Counted from the first letter of the whole stretch, positions 1 through 13,099 are shown. The stretch is 63,601 nucleotides of DNA, filler included, from Ionaspis alba (GCA_964255285.1; 5 parts of 5 records of this genome joined end to end with filler, not necessarily neighbours in it); one strand, 5' to 3'. Numbers and translations: made by a program. Notes: a model not told the origin generated them from the letters alone.

Positions 1-643
1 TAGATCGACAGCGGGTACTGGGTCGGGGAGGTCGCGCCTTGGGGGACATAGCCCGTGGAGAAATTCGCCGGCATCTCGCGGGCGTCGAATTCGTACTGCA
101 GGGCGACTTGGATGGCGTAGCGGGCGAAGGTGACGGAACCGAGGGTGCCGGCTTTGGGGGAGATACCGGCGATGCCGCCGATGAGGAAGTAGGTTTTTCG
201 GAGGTTGAAGAGGGGGGAGAAGGTTAGGGCTGTGATGGTGGAGGCGGCGTTGATTTCTGTGGTGGATCAGTTGAGGGGAAAGGGGAGAGGGCGGATGGGG
301 GAATTAGAGGGGTGGTTCCTACCGCTCTCGCCGGTTACGAGTTGGCAGATTTCGCCCGAGGCGGTGCAGTGCGCGTCTGGGTAGAGGGGAGAGAAGCCAG
401 GGACGGTGATGTTGCGGGCTAGGAGGTTGAATTCGAGGATGTTGTACCAGATGTCGCCTTCGGGTGGGAACTGGATGGAGCAAATCAATCGAAGGCTTGG
501 AGATAGACGGGAGCTTCTTGACTTACCATATCGATGATGAAGACCTTGGGTGTCACGGGTGGATCTGTGCAAGTGGCAGCTGCAAGTCCCACGAGTATTG
601 AGAGCGTAACCAGCATCGCGCTGGAAGGATTGAGGAAATGCAT
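1..643 (-). CDS. Purine nucleoside permease (NUP family), secreted; 3' part missing at window edge
   Basis: Manual splice: MHFLNPSSAMLVTLSILVGLAAA (signal peptide) ...PKVFIIDM / intron GTAAGT / FPPEGDIW...ICQLVTGES / intron / EINAASTITALTFSPLFNLRKTYFLIGGIAGISPKAGTLGSVTFARYAIQVALQYEFDAREMP. These are the characteristic motifs of the fungal/bacterial NUP family. Confidence 0.85.
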
Positions 644-1664
644 AGTTACTGAAGTACAGGAGAGTCACACGCAGAAAGTAGTTGTTCGTTCCAAGGAAGA
701 ACAGCTACTAAGGTACAGTAGAAGGCGAGGAGAGTGAGAGGATGAAAGAAGGAAGAACGAGAAGAGCTGCAGCAATGGGAGCTCCCTCCCTCGTATAGCT
801 TCCCCCAACCAATAAAAAGGAATTTCCCGCCTCATCATGAAGCGGTACGAGTAGGCGGTTGATAGCCAGAAAACGGGAAATGGTCAGATCCTGTGCATCC
901 CAGTCTGGTTCCTGAGGCTACTGTTCTGTACCGTCCTATCGTACCAAACAATAATGCAGCCGTAACAATAATAATAATGCGTAGTGAGACAGGTTAAGCC
1001 GCCTGAGGAATAAATGACGATGTCCGATGCGTCCTTATCTTGTCCGAGCCCTGCACCATCCCGGATCGAGATTAGCGAGTCGTTGGCATTAGCTTGATTG
1101 AGTTAGGCTCCAGCACTGGCGTTCGCAGCGGCCCCCCACTTGCATGATAATGATCCGACCGTTGGATGTTTCTTCCTGTTCTATTCCGTTCTGGCGAGGA
1201 GCAATGATAGAATGGCTGCTCTATGGCGCGGCAGCGAAGTGTGTTGTGCCGTGCTGTAGCTCAAGCTTCGAGCTTCAAAGTTTCGAGGAGTCATCGGCCC
1301 TAAAAGCTCACCGTCTGTTTCTCATCTTACAGGAAGATGCATGTCAGCTTAGCGTACGAAGAGGATTTGTTCCTTCGTTTGTCGTTTGGTCGCATAACCT
1401 GTCACCAGTGGTTGTGCTGAGCAGCGAANNNNNNNNNNNNNNNNNNNNNNNNNNNNNNNNNNNNNNNNNNNNNNNNNNNNNNNNNNNNNNNNNNNNNNNN
1501 NNNNNNNNNNNNNNNNNNNNNNNNNNNNAATCCGAGAACTAGACACAGTGCTTGTTGAATAGCATGTAGCTGTCCTAGGAAACAAATCTGACCGCCCCTT
1601 TTGAGCTTGCCACAATCGCCATGTCCCGACACTCAACCCATCATTCATTGATTCAAATTTCCCC

Positions 1665-2756
1665 TTACGCTTCTTTTCCAGAGAGTCCTTCCCACGCCTT
1701 GCGGGTTACGCCTTGCAGCAACTGCGTGATCTTCTCAATGTCCTTACTACATTCCTCACCCAACCACTGCGGTTCCAAACGATCGAGATTCTCCTCGATT
1801 TCCCAAGACCGACCGCCTTCGACGTAGAAAGTCTTACCGTTCAGCCCTTCCAATCGGGTAGTATCGATGATCGTCTTTCCCACATCCTCAGCTGAATTGA
1901 TGGGTATGTTGGCTCCTTTGATCATGTGTAAAAGTGGAGCCCCCATCGCGGTGTCCGTTATGAATGGACAGACGGCATTGACACGGATACCGCAAGTTGT
2001 CGTGAGGTAACGACGCAGACTGCGCATGAGACCGAGGACGCCGTGTTTCGATATCTGAAGTCCGATCAGATCTTCAACTGTCAGAAGGACGGACAACTTC
2101 ACCCATACCTGGTAGAGGAATAGCCCCGGGCTTTCCTTGAAGCCTGCTAGAGAAGAAAGGAATGTCAGACTCTTGTCTTCTCCATCCTTCCGATTCTGCC
2201 GCAGATACACGGAAGCAATCCGGGCAAAGTAGAGGACGCCAATGATGTTAACATCGAGAACCGCTTGCGACGGAATCTGGAGCGTCAAGTCAGATGCCGG
2301 TCTGAATTGAAGGACCAAAAGCATCGCTGTTTACCTCTTCGACAGTCTCGAGTGTCAGGCCAGGATGGAACCAGTTTACGTTTTCACCTACTCCCGCTAC
2401 ACTGACGGCATGGTCGACCTTCCCATATTTTTCCAATGCTGTACGAAACAGTTGCAGATTGTCTTTGTAATTTGCAGCATCGCTCTTCACGAAAGTCACG
2501 TTTTCAGGATCGAGCGCAGCGACGAGTTTATCTCCTGCTGCAACGTCCACATCTCCAAAGACGACTTTGGCACCACCTTCGTGGAAGAGACGAACAGTTG
2601 CGGCTCCAATACCGTTGGCTCCACCTGTAGCATTATATTTTGTCAATCGCTAGTGCGACCCGGAATAGAGGCTTAGCAGAGGGCAATACCTGTGACGACA
2701 GCCACCTTATCCTTCAAGCTGGCAAGCGACTCGGCAGGTGGCGTAAATCGAGACAT
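1665..2756 (-). CDS. Short-chain dehydrogenase/reductase (15-hydroxyprostaglandin dehydrogenase-like), multi-exon
   Basis: MSRFTPP...KVAVVT/GGANGIG (TGxxxGxG), VSVAGV, YxxxK split by an intron (LYQ/ISKHGVLGL), GIRVNAVCP. ORFs 2290-2646 and 1665-2324 join via GT-AG introns. Confidence 0.9.
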
Positions 2757-2850
2757 GATGCACTGTCAGGATCTCTCATGTTATGCTGACTTCAATCTTT
2801 TGACCAAGATCCCATTGATATACTCGTTCCAAGGTCTTGTCAGCCCTGCG

Positions 2851-2901
2851 ATGACTCAAAGTGACTTGTCCTGCAATGACTCAAAAGTGACTTGCCCCGC
2901 A
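2851..2901. promoter_or_regulatory. Tandem ~25-bp duplication carrying two TGACTCA (Gcn4/CpcA/AP-1-type) sites upstream of the SDR
   Basis: ATGACTCAAAGTGACTTGTCCTGCA followed by ATGACTCAAAAGTGACTTGCCCCGCA, about 100-145 bp upstream of the ATG at 2756. Confidence 0.45.
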
Positions 2902-4098
2902 GTAATCTGTTGTGCATCCGTGTTTTGCCGCTCGTTACCAGTCGAAGAAACGAGACGACGATCAGCTGCAATGTCAGCTTGGAGGCCTGATCAGTTGCAT
3001 ATAGACATATTCAACATATAGAATCGCCAAGCGTATGTATGGAAGGCCTGTGGGGTTTCATAGTAGGCCAAGCATTGCACGCCGGATAAAAATTCGGGCA
3101 TCTTTCCACGGCTCGACAAGTCGACGAGAACGTTTGTCCTTGTGCCACTAATTGTATTACCAGGATAAGCAATGACAAAAGGTCGGCAGAAAACCGGAGA
3201 GCATAATAAATAGTGGGGCTTCATCGAGATGTAATACAACGCTATCTCAAGCAATATCACTATGAAAAGAGGAAGACAAACGACAGTACAGTCTTGATTG
3301 CAAATATCACTGAGGATCTTGTAAGCACGGAAGCGCGTCACAAAAATGAATAAATTCTGGGCAGAATCGAATTAGTAGGAATCCAATTCAATTACTGGCC
3401 AGCACATCGTATCCAAGGTAGCGCAGCCTGTTTAATAGAGATACGTCACCGGTTAGACTCCGCGTGTTCCTCGGACAATGTACCTCTCATAGGTAGCTTC
3501 GAAAATCTCGATGTTTCAAGTCGCGTCGGATTGGCGTCCTTCACCGGCGTTGCGCTGATCGTCCTGTCAACGCGGTCGTTGAGCAGAAAAAGGAATACAA
3601 TGAAAGGCAACCACATCACGGGAGAATCTTGTTTGGCACAAAAACATCTTCGAGTACGGAATAATGAAGATGGGAAGAGTTGAGGCTCTCGTAGTGGAAA
3701 GAAAATGTTTATGGATCATCACCACTATTTCCCCCGTTGGTGTCGTCCGCTATCAGCCACTAATGCAGGTCCCAAAACCCTTGAAACTTTTGATCTCCGC
3801 CTGCTGCCATTGATTGGCCAACAGTCACCCGCCGAGCTCATCCCTTTCTTCAATCATTGACACTCTCTTCTCCTCTCTCCATCCTCTACCTTCAAGTCTT
3901 CAGTGGCGTCCGACCCATTGTCACTCCTTCAACAACCACCACCCGAGAACGCAGCGCGTGCTTTCGCACAGTCCACTCTTTTGACACTTCGATTTGCTCC
4001 ACAGTCTCAGCGACAACAACAATCTTTCAAGTCAATCTTTTCCACAAAGCAACAAAGCCAAACACAGATCTGTTTCTGCCACTAGACTACCCACAATA

Positions 4099-5264
4099 AT
4101 GAAGACCTCAACCACCCTCCTCACCACCCTCGCCCTGGCGGCCACCTCTCTCCTCACGCCGACCCACGCCCAAACCTGGACCTTCTGCAACCCCCTCAAC
4201 CGCACCGACTGTCCCGCCAACCCAGCCCTGGGCATAAACCACACCTTCACCTTCGAATCCTCCCCCGCCGCCTGGAACACCACCGCCGGCCTTCCAGACT
4301 ACAGTCCCCGCGGCGCCGCCTTCACGATCAAAAACCGGGGCGACGCACCAACCATCCAATCGCAATTCTACCTCTTCTTCGGCGTAGTCGAAGTAATCAT
4401 GAAAGCCGCGACAGGACGGGGCGTAATCAGCAGCATCGTTCTCGAATCCGACGATCTGGACGAAATAGACTGGGAACTGATGGGCGGGAACGCGACCCAC
4501 GCCGAGACGAATTATTTCGGGAAGGGCAATACCACTTCCTATGACCGCGCGATCTACTACCCCGTTGCGAACCCGCAGGAGCAGTTCCACAATTACACGG
4601 TTCTCTGGACGGCCGAAAAGATAGAGTGGATGATCGACGGGGCGAGTGTACGCGTGCTGAAATACGGGGAGGCGAATGGCGGGCGCACGTTCCCGCAGAC
4701 GCCGATGAATGTGCGGTTGGGGATCTGGGCGGGGGGCGATAAGAAGAATCCGAAGGATACGATTGAGTGGGCCGGCGGGGAGACGGATTATGGGAAGGGG
4801 CCGTATACGATGGTTGTGCAGAGTGCGAGGGTGACGGATTTTTCGAAGGGGAAGGAGTATGTGTATGGGGATAAGACGGGGAGTTGGCAGAGTATCAAGG
4901 TTGTTAAGTGAGTTTTGCGTATTTTTCTTCGAGTTGTTGGTAGCGTGATCTGAGAGAATGCTGATGGGTTGGTTACAGTGGTACATCTGACCTTGCGAAC
5001 ATCATCAATGCGCCTCCTACGCCGACTCTCGCTCAACGATGGGCCGCTCTCTCGTCGACGGCTCGGATTGCCATTTCCGTGTCTATAGCTGTGGTCTGTC
5101 TCCTCATGGTCGCTCTGCTCGCCTTCTGCTGCGTCAGACAACGCCGGATCGGCCGTCGGGAACGAGCGATTGAAGATGCCAAGTTCGAGAATGGTAGAGC
5201 GGAATTGATGGCTTATCGTGCCGAGATGGATGGGTTCAAGGCGCAGAGGGAGAGGTATATTTGA
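4099..5264 (+). CDS. GH16 Crh-family chitin/glucan transglycosylase with a C-terminal transmembrane helix
   Basis: Signal peptide MKTSTTLL..., QTWTFCNPLNRTDCP, catalytic DLDEIDWE, TNYFGKG, FPQTPMNVRLGIWAGG. Intron 4908-4978. Exon 2 encodes a hydrophobic helix (IAISVSIAVVCLLMVALLAFCC) and a basic tail. Confidence 0.92.
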
Positions 5265-5559
5265 TTCTTTGAGGGAATGAGAATGAGGGCAAGAGGACTT
5301 CTTTGTAAATATGTGGTACAGGTATGGCAGACGCTGGACGTCGTGATGCTTTTGTCTGCTTTGGTCTTTGCTAGATGTGATAGTTTGGATGAATAATTGT
5401 GATTTACCTATGGTATACTATGCCAATTCAACAATGCGTCGATCTCGTGTCGCAACTCCTCCACATGCTGATATCAAACAGCCCTTCCAAATTCCACACG
5501 CATCCAACTGTCTATGCAAACCCCATTATTCCTAGCAAATGCAAAATTCAATCTCCAGC

Positions 5560-7341
5560 TCATTCAAGTTCTTCAAATCGTCCTTCTCTCATAGCCTTCG
5601 TCACTGGGTTCTCCACATCCACCACGCCAGTCGCCCTCAATCTACAATGCCGTCAGCAAGCCAATCCTTCAATTCTACTCAAGAAGTATAAAAACAAACC
5701 TTTCAAATAGCACAAACAACCTCTCCGCCTCCCGCTCCTTCTCCTCCTCCGTCATATCCACTTCCAATCCCCCTTCCATATCCCTCCTCTGCCCCGTCAC
5801 AGGATTAATCTCGACCCCATCCACATTCGTGATCTTCTCCCCTGGATCCTCTACCTCGCCCTTCACCTCACCTTTCTCCCCAGCCTCCGTACTCCACGCT
5901 TCCATCGCATTTTCCGGCACGGGCATATCGTGCGTCATGAGGAAGCCCGAGGCAAATCCATACCCGACATTCCGGACAAAGCTTGTAGCGTCGCGGCCGG
6001 AAAGCTCGAAGAGCAAATTGGAGATTGTCTCCCGTAGGTTAGGCGCTACTGGGGAGGTCGAAAGACGGAGGAGGAATGCAGAGACTGTGTCTGATTTCCC
6101 TAGCGGCTCGTTCCGCTCCTCGTTCGACGGTAGAAGTCGTGATCGCATGTAGGTCTTGATTGCTTCAGGAGCAAAGTCGTAGATACGGCGAATGAGAGAG
6201 ACGAGCGGAGTAGCGAGTTGCTCCAGCTGCTCTTCCTTATAAGCGCGCACAGAAGCGTCGAGGAGGGTGATGAAGCGGTTAGCGTTGCATTTGGTGTCGA
6301 AGAGGGGGAAGAGTGGGTTTTGAGTGAAGGTGCGGGATTTGCGGTCTTCGAGGTCGAGGTTTAAGAGGGAGTTGATGAGGTAGGTTATTGGGGGCTGGAG
6401 GGGTGGGGAGGGGATTTTTAGGCAGGATAGGATTTTGAGGATGGGCAGGAGGGATTTCGTGAAGGTGTGGGCTTGGTGGGGGTAGAATTGGGTGAGGTTG
6501 AAGAGGAGTTTGAGGGTTTCGGAGAGGGCGAGGGTGTCCGTAGGTTGGGGTTGGTTTTTGGTGGTTGCTTTTGAGTATTGTTTTGCATGGCGGGCAAGAT
6601 TCTAGATCCGCGTTAGAAAGTCCCATCTTGGTTACTGGGCTCGGGACAAACATGCAGTATTGATACCCTCGGCTAATTGTTGCTTCGTGAATATATCTTC
6701 AAAGTCCAAGTTTGTTTCATAAGTACATAAGAATAGGAGTCGTGATGCAAGGAACTCATCCTCTCGGTTGTCATTCTGCATTTAGTCAGCAAGCTTGCAT
6801 CGTCCTTGCGTGATTGCCATCACCTTCAGCCTTTCCGCAGCTTTCGGAGCATATCCAAGGTCTGCAAATATTTGTCTAGTCTTGGGCTCAAGGAGCATAA
6901 CGTTGGCCAAGCATTTGAGTGCAGCCCGGGCGGTGTTCAATGAATTGCCGTCAAAGCTATGGCGACATATCATGGAGACGCCCTACAATTCTCAGTTGGA
7001 GTCCGTACTAGGAGCTCGAATAGTGTCATACCTCCTTTGTAAACAATGGTTCCGCGTCCTGAACGTTTCTCGTGTATACTCGGAGCTCGTCCAGCGCAGC
7101 ATTTCGTTCTATCAGGCTCGCCTCAATGACATGTTCTTTCTATTCGACTTGATATACCGTGCTCACGAGGTGGTAATAGATTCGTCTCTTCCAGGTCTAC
7201 CTCGAGTAGACTTATCAATTTGCTGACCCCACGGACTTTTTCTGGTACATGATCAGCTATCTTATAGACTGTGTCGCGAGGAATCTACGCACCGTCTATC
7301 GAGGACGTTCGACTCTCTGAGCTTCGAGGAGTGGTGGTCAT
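5560..7341 (-). CDS. RIC8: Ric8/synembryn G-alpha guanine nucleotide exchange factor, multi-exon
   Basis: ALKCLANVMLL, VRNVGYGFASGFL, INPVTGQR, MTEEEKEREAERLFVLFER/LRATGVVDVENPV. The start codon (7341) is inferred from splice signals. Confidence 0.9.
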
Positions 7342-7834
7342 CTTTGCAGAGGTATGTGAAGAATTTTCCTAGTGAAGGCACCGATGGACTCGAATTAATG
7401 GCAGAGCATTGCTGGCAAATGCTGCTTTGAGCTATCTTGATTGATCTTCACGTCCAGCAAGGAGGTACTGCATTAGATCTAATCTTTGGGCCAACAAGTT
7501 GTCTTAGTCTCTGACTCTTAGCCATTGAGCGGTCAACCGTAGATACAATATGCGCGGTCCTATTGGATGGAACCAATTCGGAAGACCAAATTTATTTTTC
7601 ACGACGGCCCGTCTTTTTGGATTTGCTTTTGATGGTAGGGGCCAAAGGGTTGTAGCTAGTCCAGACGCTTAGTTCAAAGACCAGAAAGACGTTCACGAGT
7701 ATTCAGTTGAATGATTGCTGTGGGAGAGGATGTCGCGGCTGTCAGCAACAAGAGAATCGCAACTGTATCGTTCTTGCAGGGATACCACTTCGATGTCATG
7801 GTGGATCATGGATCATGGCTTGGCATCACCACTT

Positions 7835-7908
7835 AACGCGCCCGGCCCGCCGCGGTATCACAATTTTGACGGATCTTCGCTACGCGTTCCCCGGACTTAG
7901 AACGCGGG
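7835..7908 (+). promoter_or_regulatory. MCB-like (ACGCG) cell-cycle boxes upstream of RIF1
   Basis: ACGCGT at 7882-7887, plus ACGCG cores near 7836 and 7902, within about 220 bp of the RIF1 start. Confidence 0.4.
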
Positions 7909-8049
7909 TTGAAGCTGCCCATGCACACCTACCAGCAGAAGGGGTATCCCCTTCACTCCGAATTCAAGAGTTTCTGCCATATAGCGTTTGCTTCATGATG
8001 CTGCAGGATACCTGCAAGCAACCACAGCTTTCTCTCTTTCGCAGCTGGA

Positions 8050-11000
8050 ATGGAGATGGCCAATTCTTTTTCTGCTCTTCCAGCGCGCCCTCCAACACCA
8101 CCGAAAGATTCCGGCTGGAATAAGAAAGACATCGCAGCAGACACAGCAAGTCCGTTTGCCACNNNNNNNNNNNNNNNNNNNNNNNNNNNNNNNNNNNNNN
8201 NNNNNNNNNNNNNNNNNNNNNNNNNNNNNNNNNNNNNNNNNNNNNNNNNNNNNNNNNNNNNNTGGAATAAGAAAGACATCGCAGCAGACACAGCAAGTCC
8301 GTTTGCCACGTATACACACCCGGCACTTGATACGCCCAACGAGTCTCCAACTTCCTCGGAATATTTCCCACCGTCAGGGAGAGTCTACAAGCGTGTGGAT
8401 TTCATACCACATCTGCCCGGAATCTCGCCATCTTTAGAATCGACTTTGCCCTCATCTGAGAAGCAAAAGATATCCTTGCCGCCCTCAAAAGAATGCAAGC
8501 CATCAAAGTCGATCCTCAAACCCTACAACAGTGCGCTCTTTTCTGATCCTGCCAGCGAATCAGACCAGCACGACCAACCTGATTTCCCCACAATGCTGGA
8601 AGATTGTGTAAGGCAATTGGCCAGTACATCTCAAGGTACAAGGCTAGATGCATACAAGGCGCTCAATGGCTGTCTACAGGCTTACCAAGATCTCCCTGAT
8701 CCACGGTCGATGGAGGAAAAGTTGCCATTGCTTGCAGACTTCGTTCAGCGGGATTTAGAAGGAAAGGGGGTTGCAGAAAAGAACTTCGTTGATACACAAT
8801 TACAAGTCCAGGCCCTGAAGCTGACAGTTATATTCTTGAAGTCTACCAACCTGGCCGAGAAGCTTCAGGATGAATTTCAATCCTTCATCTTGGAACAGGC
8901 CATACGGGGACTGGGAGACTCTACGAGCGCGAAAGTTCTTATAAGTCATTATATGCAGATTCTCTCAAGGCAGAACTTCGGTCCAAAGTCTGTGAACCAT
9001 GATCGAGTCAACCAGCTCCTGACCCTTCTGGGAGATGTCACTACGGTCGTCAAGGGCAATAACGTGGTTGGCCAGAGACTGATGGTTTATCAACGATTGT
9101 TGCAGCAAGCGAAGCCGGTTATGATAGCTCGCGTTAATGACTGGGTGGACCATCTCTACGCTGGCCTGCACAGCAGTCTCAAAGAAATCCGAACCCGTGC
9201 TCTTGACTTTGGATTTGAAGCCAGCCTGACTCTAGGATCTACTAGTCAAATTTCTCGCGCAGTAATCGATCTATTCAACCGACTATCCAACGACGGCCGT
9301 AAAGTTGCCGACTTCCTCAGCTCCCGTCTCAATGAAATGATCGACATCAAGGAGGATATCATGCACGTCCCGCAAATCTGGAGCGTGACAATTCTGTTTC
9401 TCAGAAGTCGGCCAAATCAGCTTGCACGATGGGAACACCTCAATGATTGGATCTCCATCATACAGAGATGTTTCAATGCCAGTGATCGTCAAGTCAAAAC
9501 TCAGGCTTTCCGGGCTTGGAATCACTTCATCTTCACGGTAAATCCGAGCTTGACGACGAGCCCACAATGGTCAAAATCGCTTCAACGGCCTATAATGACC
9601 CAACTTAAAACCAGGTCTGATGGGAAATCTGCAATTATCTCAAGGCAAAGTGCGCAAGCAAGCTATTGCACCTTACTATACTATAGTTTTAGGCCAGGTG
9701 CCACGCATGAAACCTTTGATCGGTTCTGGAAAGAATATGTGACGCCACTGAAGGATCAACCGGACTCAACTTTTGCCTGCCAAGTGATGACATACCTCAT
9801 GGGAGACGGTCCACAAACGACATGGAACTCCAACAGAGGAAACGAAACTTCACCAATGACTCCAGAGGAGCTCCCCCGCCTCGACCCGAGATGGATTCGA
9901 TTACGAGCAAATGTCGTGATCAACCTCTTCGAGCATCTCTGGCGTGTATCGAACTGGTCATCGGTTGATGGCAAGGAAGCGTGGGTCTTGAGAGCATGGA
10001 GAAGTTTCACAAGAGCGCTTGGTGATGCTGGGAGCAAGGAGATAAAGGTATCAGGAGAGAGTATGGCTGCTATGGCGTACATGACGAGCTCCATGAGAGG
10101 GTTATGGATCTCGGCTATCACCGACGGACTTCCCCGGTCTTCCGCTTCCGCCTCCTCCAAGTCATCATACCTTTCTCTGCTTCAGATCGCGGCCCTCAAC
10201 GTCGGATCTTTGCCGTTCACAGAGAAGCGTTTGGTACAAAGCCACAATGGGACATTTGAAGCAGCCGAGACACCGTCAAGCCGGCACGCTCGAGTTCATG
10301 GATCTGTTACATCTGCCATGCTATCTATCTTAGAAATGGTAACTTCATCGACTAACGATCGGGATACCAACAATGAGTTTGTAGATGTTTTGAGAGAGTT
10401 ACTCAGTATCAGTCTTCGTTCTGCTACATCAAGACTGTCAAGGTTGAAGGTGCTGCGAGACATCGTTCCCTTCACATTTTCCGAAACACTCTCTATACCA
10501 AATTCGAAGGTCCTGCTATGGCAGATCATTGCAGATTGTCTATCCGAGGCCATGGACTCCGACAAGCACACGAAAATTGTGCATGATAGCCCACGGCATC
10601 TGGGACAAGACTTCCGAGAAGCAATCAAAATCTTGGATTTCGGCACACGGCAAGATCACGAAGAAAGCATGGCCACCTGGATAAGAACCTTACAGCATAT
10701 TGATTCAAAGGTGCAAGAGGAAGTGGGTATCGGAGGCTCTGTGCTCGCCGTTGTCGAACCGCTTGCGAGCTCGATGCTGCAACGCCAGACAAGTCAATGC
10801 ACCAGTGATGTTCTCCAGCGAGGCACGGCTATCATTCAATGTGCTCGTTGGCCGTCGTCACGAAAGGTCGTGGAGTCGGCTCAACGAGATCTCTGGGGTG
10901 CAGTCACCACAACAACGAAGTCTCCATCGTTTACACCATATGACAAGCTCTACGATCTCGTCGATGAAATCCTTCTCATGGCGTATCGGTATCCCGAAGT

Positions 11001-12679
11001 ACAAACATCACCACATATCATCCACTTCATCCAAGCAGTGACCCGCTTTGTCGATTCTTGTCCTTTGTCGCAATCCGAAATATTACTCAAACGCATACAG
11101 TGTGGACTTGCCATCTGGATAGCAGATGATGACGGCTGGATGGGCTCTCCGAATCCGCATTCTAAGAGGCTCCTCTCTGCAGTGAGTATCTTTCTGAATT
11201 TGGAGATGGTGATACTAATCTTGTCATAGGTAATGGATTTAGCCACAATTGTCGCAAAGACTGTTCAAAATTTGCCCAGCTTCGATAGTAGTCGTCTAGC
11301 GACGCTGGATATCCTCTTTGGTGCTTGTCTCTCGAGTAGGCACAGAATGATGATCAATCAATTCATTCCCTTGTGGAACAGCACCTTTGGTCTAGTAGAT
11401 ACTCTTGAGTATTCGGACACTCTGCGTAAGGTACTGCAGCGCCTCAGTGGATTCACCGAAGTTCTACTGCCTGGTCTTCAGGTCAGGAGAGAAGACATAG
11501 AAGTAAGCATTGTAGTTTGGATGTCAAATGGTCTCGGAACTAATCATGCGTAGGTTGATCCAACGCCTTTCAATTTCATCGAAATTCTAGAGCAAGAGGA
11601 GCCGGCTGATCAAATCAGAAAGGAGCACGAAAGGCCCGGCGTTCATGAGATCGGCTATCCACAAATACTCGCTCGAAATGGTATATCACAAACCGGAGCC
11701 CAACGTTCACCCTACAGAAGCGACGTAAGAACTCCAGACCGAAAGGCGGCACCCAAAGTGAAAACCACTCCGACACCCCGGCTTCGCCATGACGATTCAC
11801 AAATCCAGTTTACTACCATCGAGTCATCGCCTCTGGGCTCGGAAGTAGCAGACTCACAACTTCTTACAGACAGACAGAAAGAGGTGAAAGAGCGTCAAAA
11901 TCAAGAAGCAGCTGCGGTCTTCCCAGATCTGAGAACCAGCCCCAGACCGAAATCACGAGATGTAATGGTCAGATCACCAGGTTCAAACTCCAAGGTGATG
12001 CAGGATCAAGGTGCAGAGGTGCACACGGAAGAGCCAATATCACCAAGTCTCCCACCACAGAATGAGGTGATGGATTCATTCCTGGGTTCTTCTCCAACAC
12101 CTAGATCTGGTGAGAAACGAAACTTTGACAAGGTCCAGAGCGTTCAACTACGCTCGTCATCTCCACTGCCGGAAAAGACTCCCGGAAACGACCGGGTAGA
12201 TGATCCACCCTCATCACCACCAGCGGTTGCCGTACGTAGCTCGCCGATCATGAATGAGCCAAGGACGGGAAATTCGCAAGAGACGACAGGAGTACCCGTT
12301 ACAATGGATACAGAAGGTTCTACTAAATTCATTGGTGACTCCTTTGTCGGTTCTGAAGAGCTAGAGAACATGCTAGATCAGAGCACAAGGTGGGTTTTGG
12401 AGCCAGCACCGGTGGCAGCAGAGGAGCATGATCCTGCAACAGACAAGATATTCTCGGACGACCATTTTTTTAACGCTTTAGACAATCCGCAAATATCCAG
12501 CTTACCTCCAATTGAGCCTCTACAACCACTGGCAAATACTGTGGCTGGAGAGCTGCCGCGTATCGAAAAACTTGAAGAACTACCTGCAACGCAATTGGCG
12601 ATTAATCAGAACATAGAAGCTCAAGTTGTCATTGAGGACCAAGCTACCACTGATAATCAAGATCAGCCTGAGGCGGTAG
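8050..12679 (+). CDS. RIF1: Rap1-interacting factor 1 (telomere length/replication timing regulator), 3' truncated at scaffold end
   Basis: N-terminal RPPTPPK, PP1-docking motifs KRVDF (RVxF) and KSILK, RLDAY at the start of the Rif1_N HEAT region, later RLRHDDSQIQF and a disordered S/P-rich region. Introns near 11182-11229 and 11503-11553. Confidence 0.88.
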
Positions 12680-12779
12680 NNNNNNNNNNNNNNNNNNNNN
12701 NNNNNNNNNNNNNNNNNNNNNNNTTAATTAATTAANNNNNNNNNNNNNNNNNNNNNNNNNNNNNNNNNNNNNNNNNNNN
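12680..12779. other. Artificial scaffold linker
   Basis: N44-TTAATTAATTAA-N44, which puts stops in all six frames. Confidence 0.98.
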
Positions 12780-13087
12780 CAAGCCTGAACAGGTCTTGGC
12801 AGTCTGAGCAAACCTACATGTGAGCAAGCCAACATTGAAGATTGTCACGAATTTGGGACAACTGGCGTTCTAAATTCGGGCCACTCCCGATAATAATATC
12901 GTATCTATATCCTAACTGATCTCACTTGATTTCTGTTTCTAAATCTAGCGTAAAACAGTCTTCTTTTAAAATTGCTCCTTTGACACAACTTCCCAACTCC
13001 TCTATATATCAGTAAGTACTAAAAATCAAAAACACTCAAAAATAAATGAAATGGAGTAAAATTTGAAGGAAAAAAAAGGGGGGGAAT

Positions 13088-13094
13088 AAAAAAA
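13088..13094 (-). terminator. RNA polymerase III oligo-T terminator of the tRNA-Lys gene
   Basis: On the minus strand, AAATC-TTTTTTT immediately follows the discriminator base at 13100. Confidence 0.75.
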
Positions 13095-13099
13095 GATTT

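Noticed and set aside
4108..4986. Long antisense ORFs over real genes (e.g. 4108-4986, 36870-37442, 39161-40093, 48305-48907, 61724-62758)
   Set aside because: Shadow ORFs caused by codon bias of the sense gene; no recognisable motifs.
12724..12735. TTAATTAATTAA palindrome repeated four times at ~12.7-kb spacing
   Set aside because: Always centred in N44 flanks; an artificial linker, not a biological repeat.
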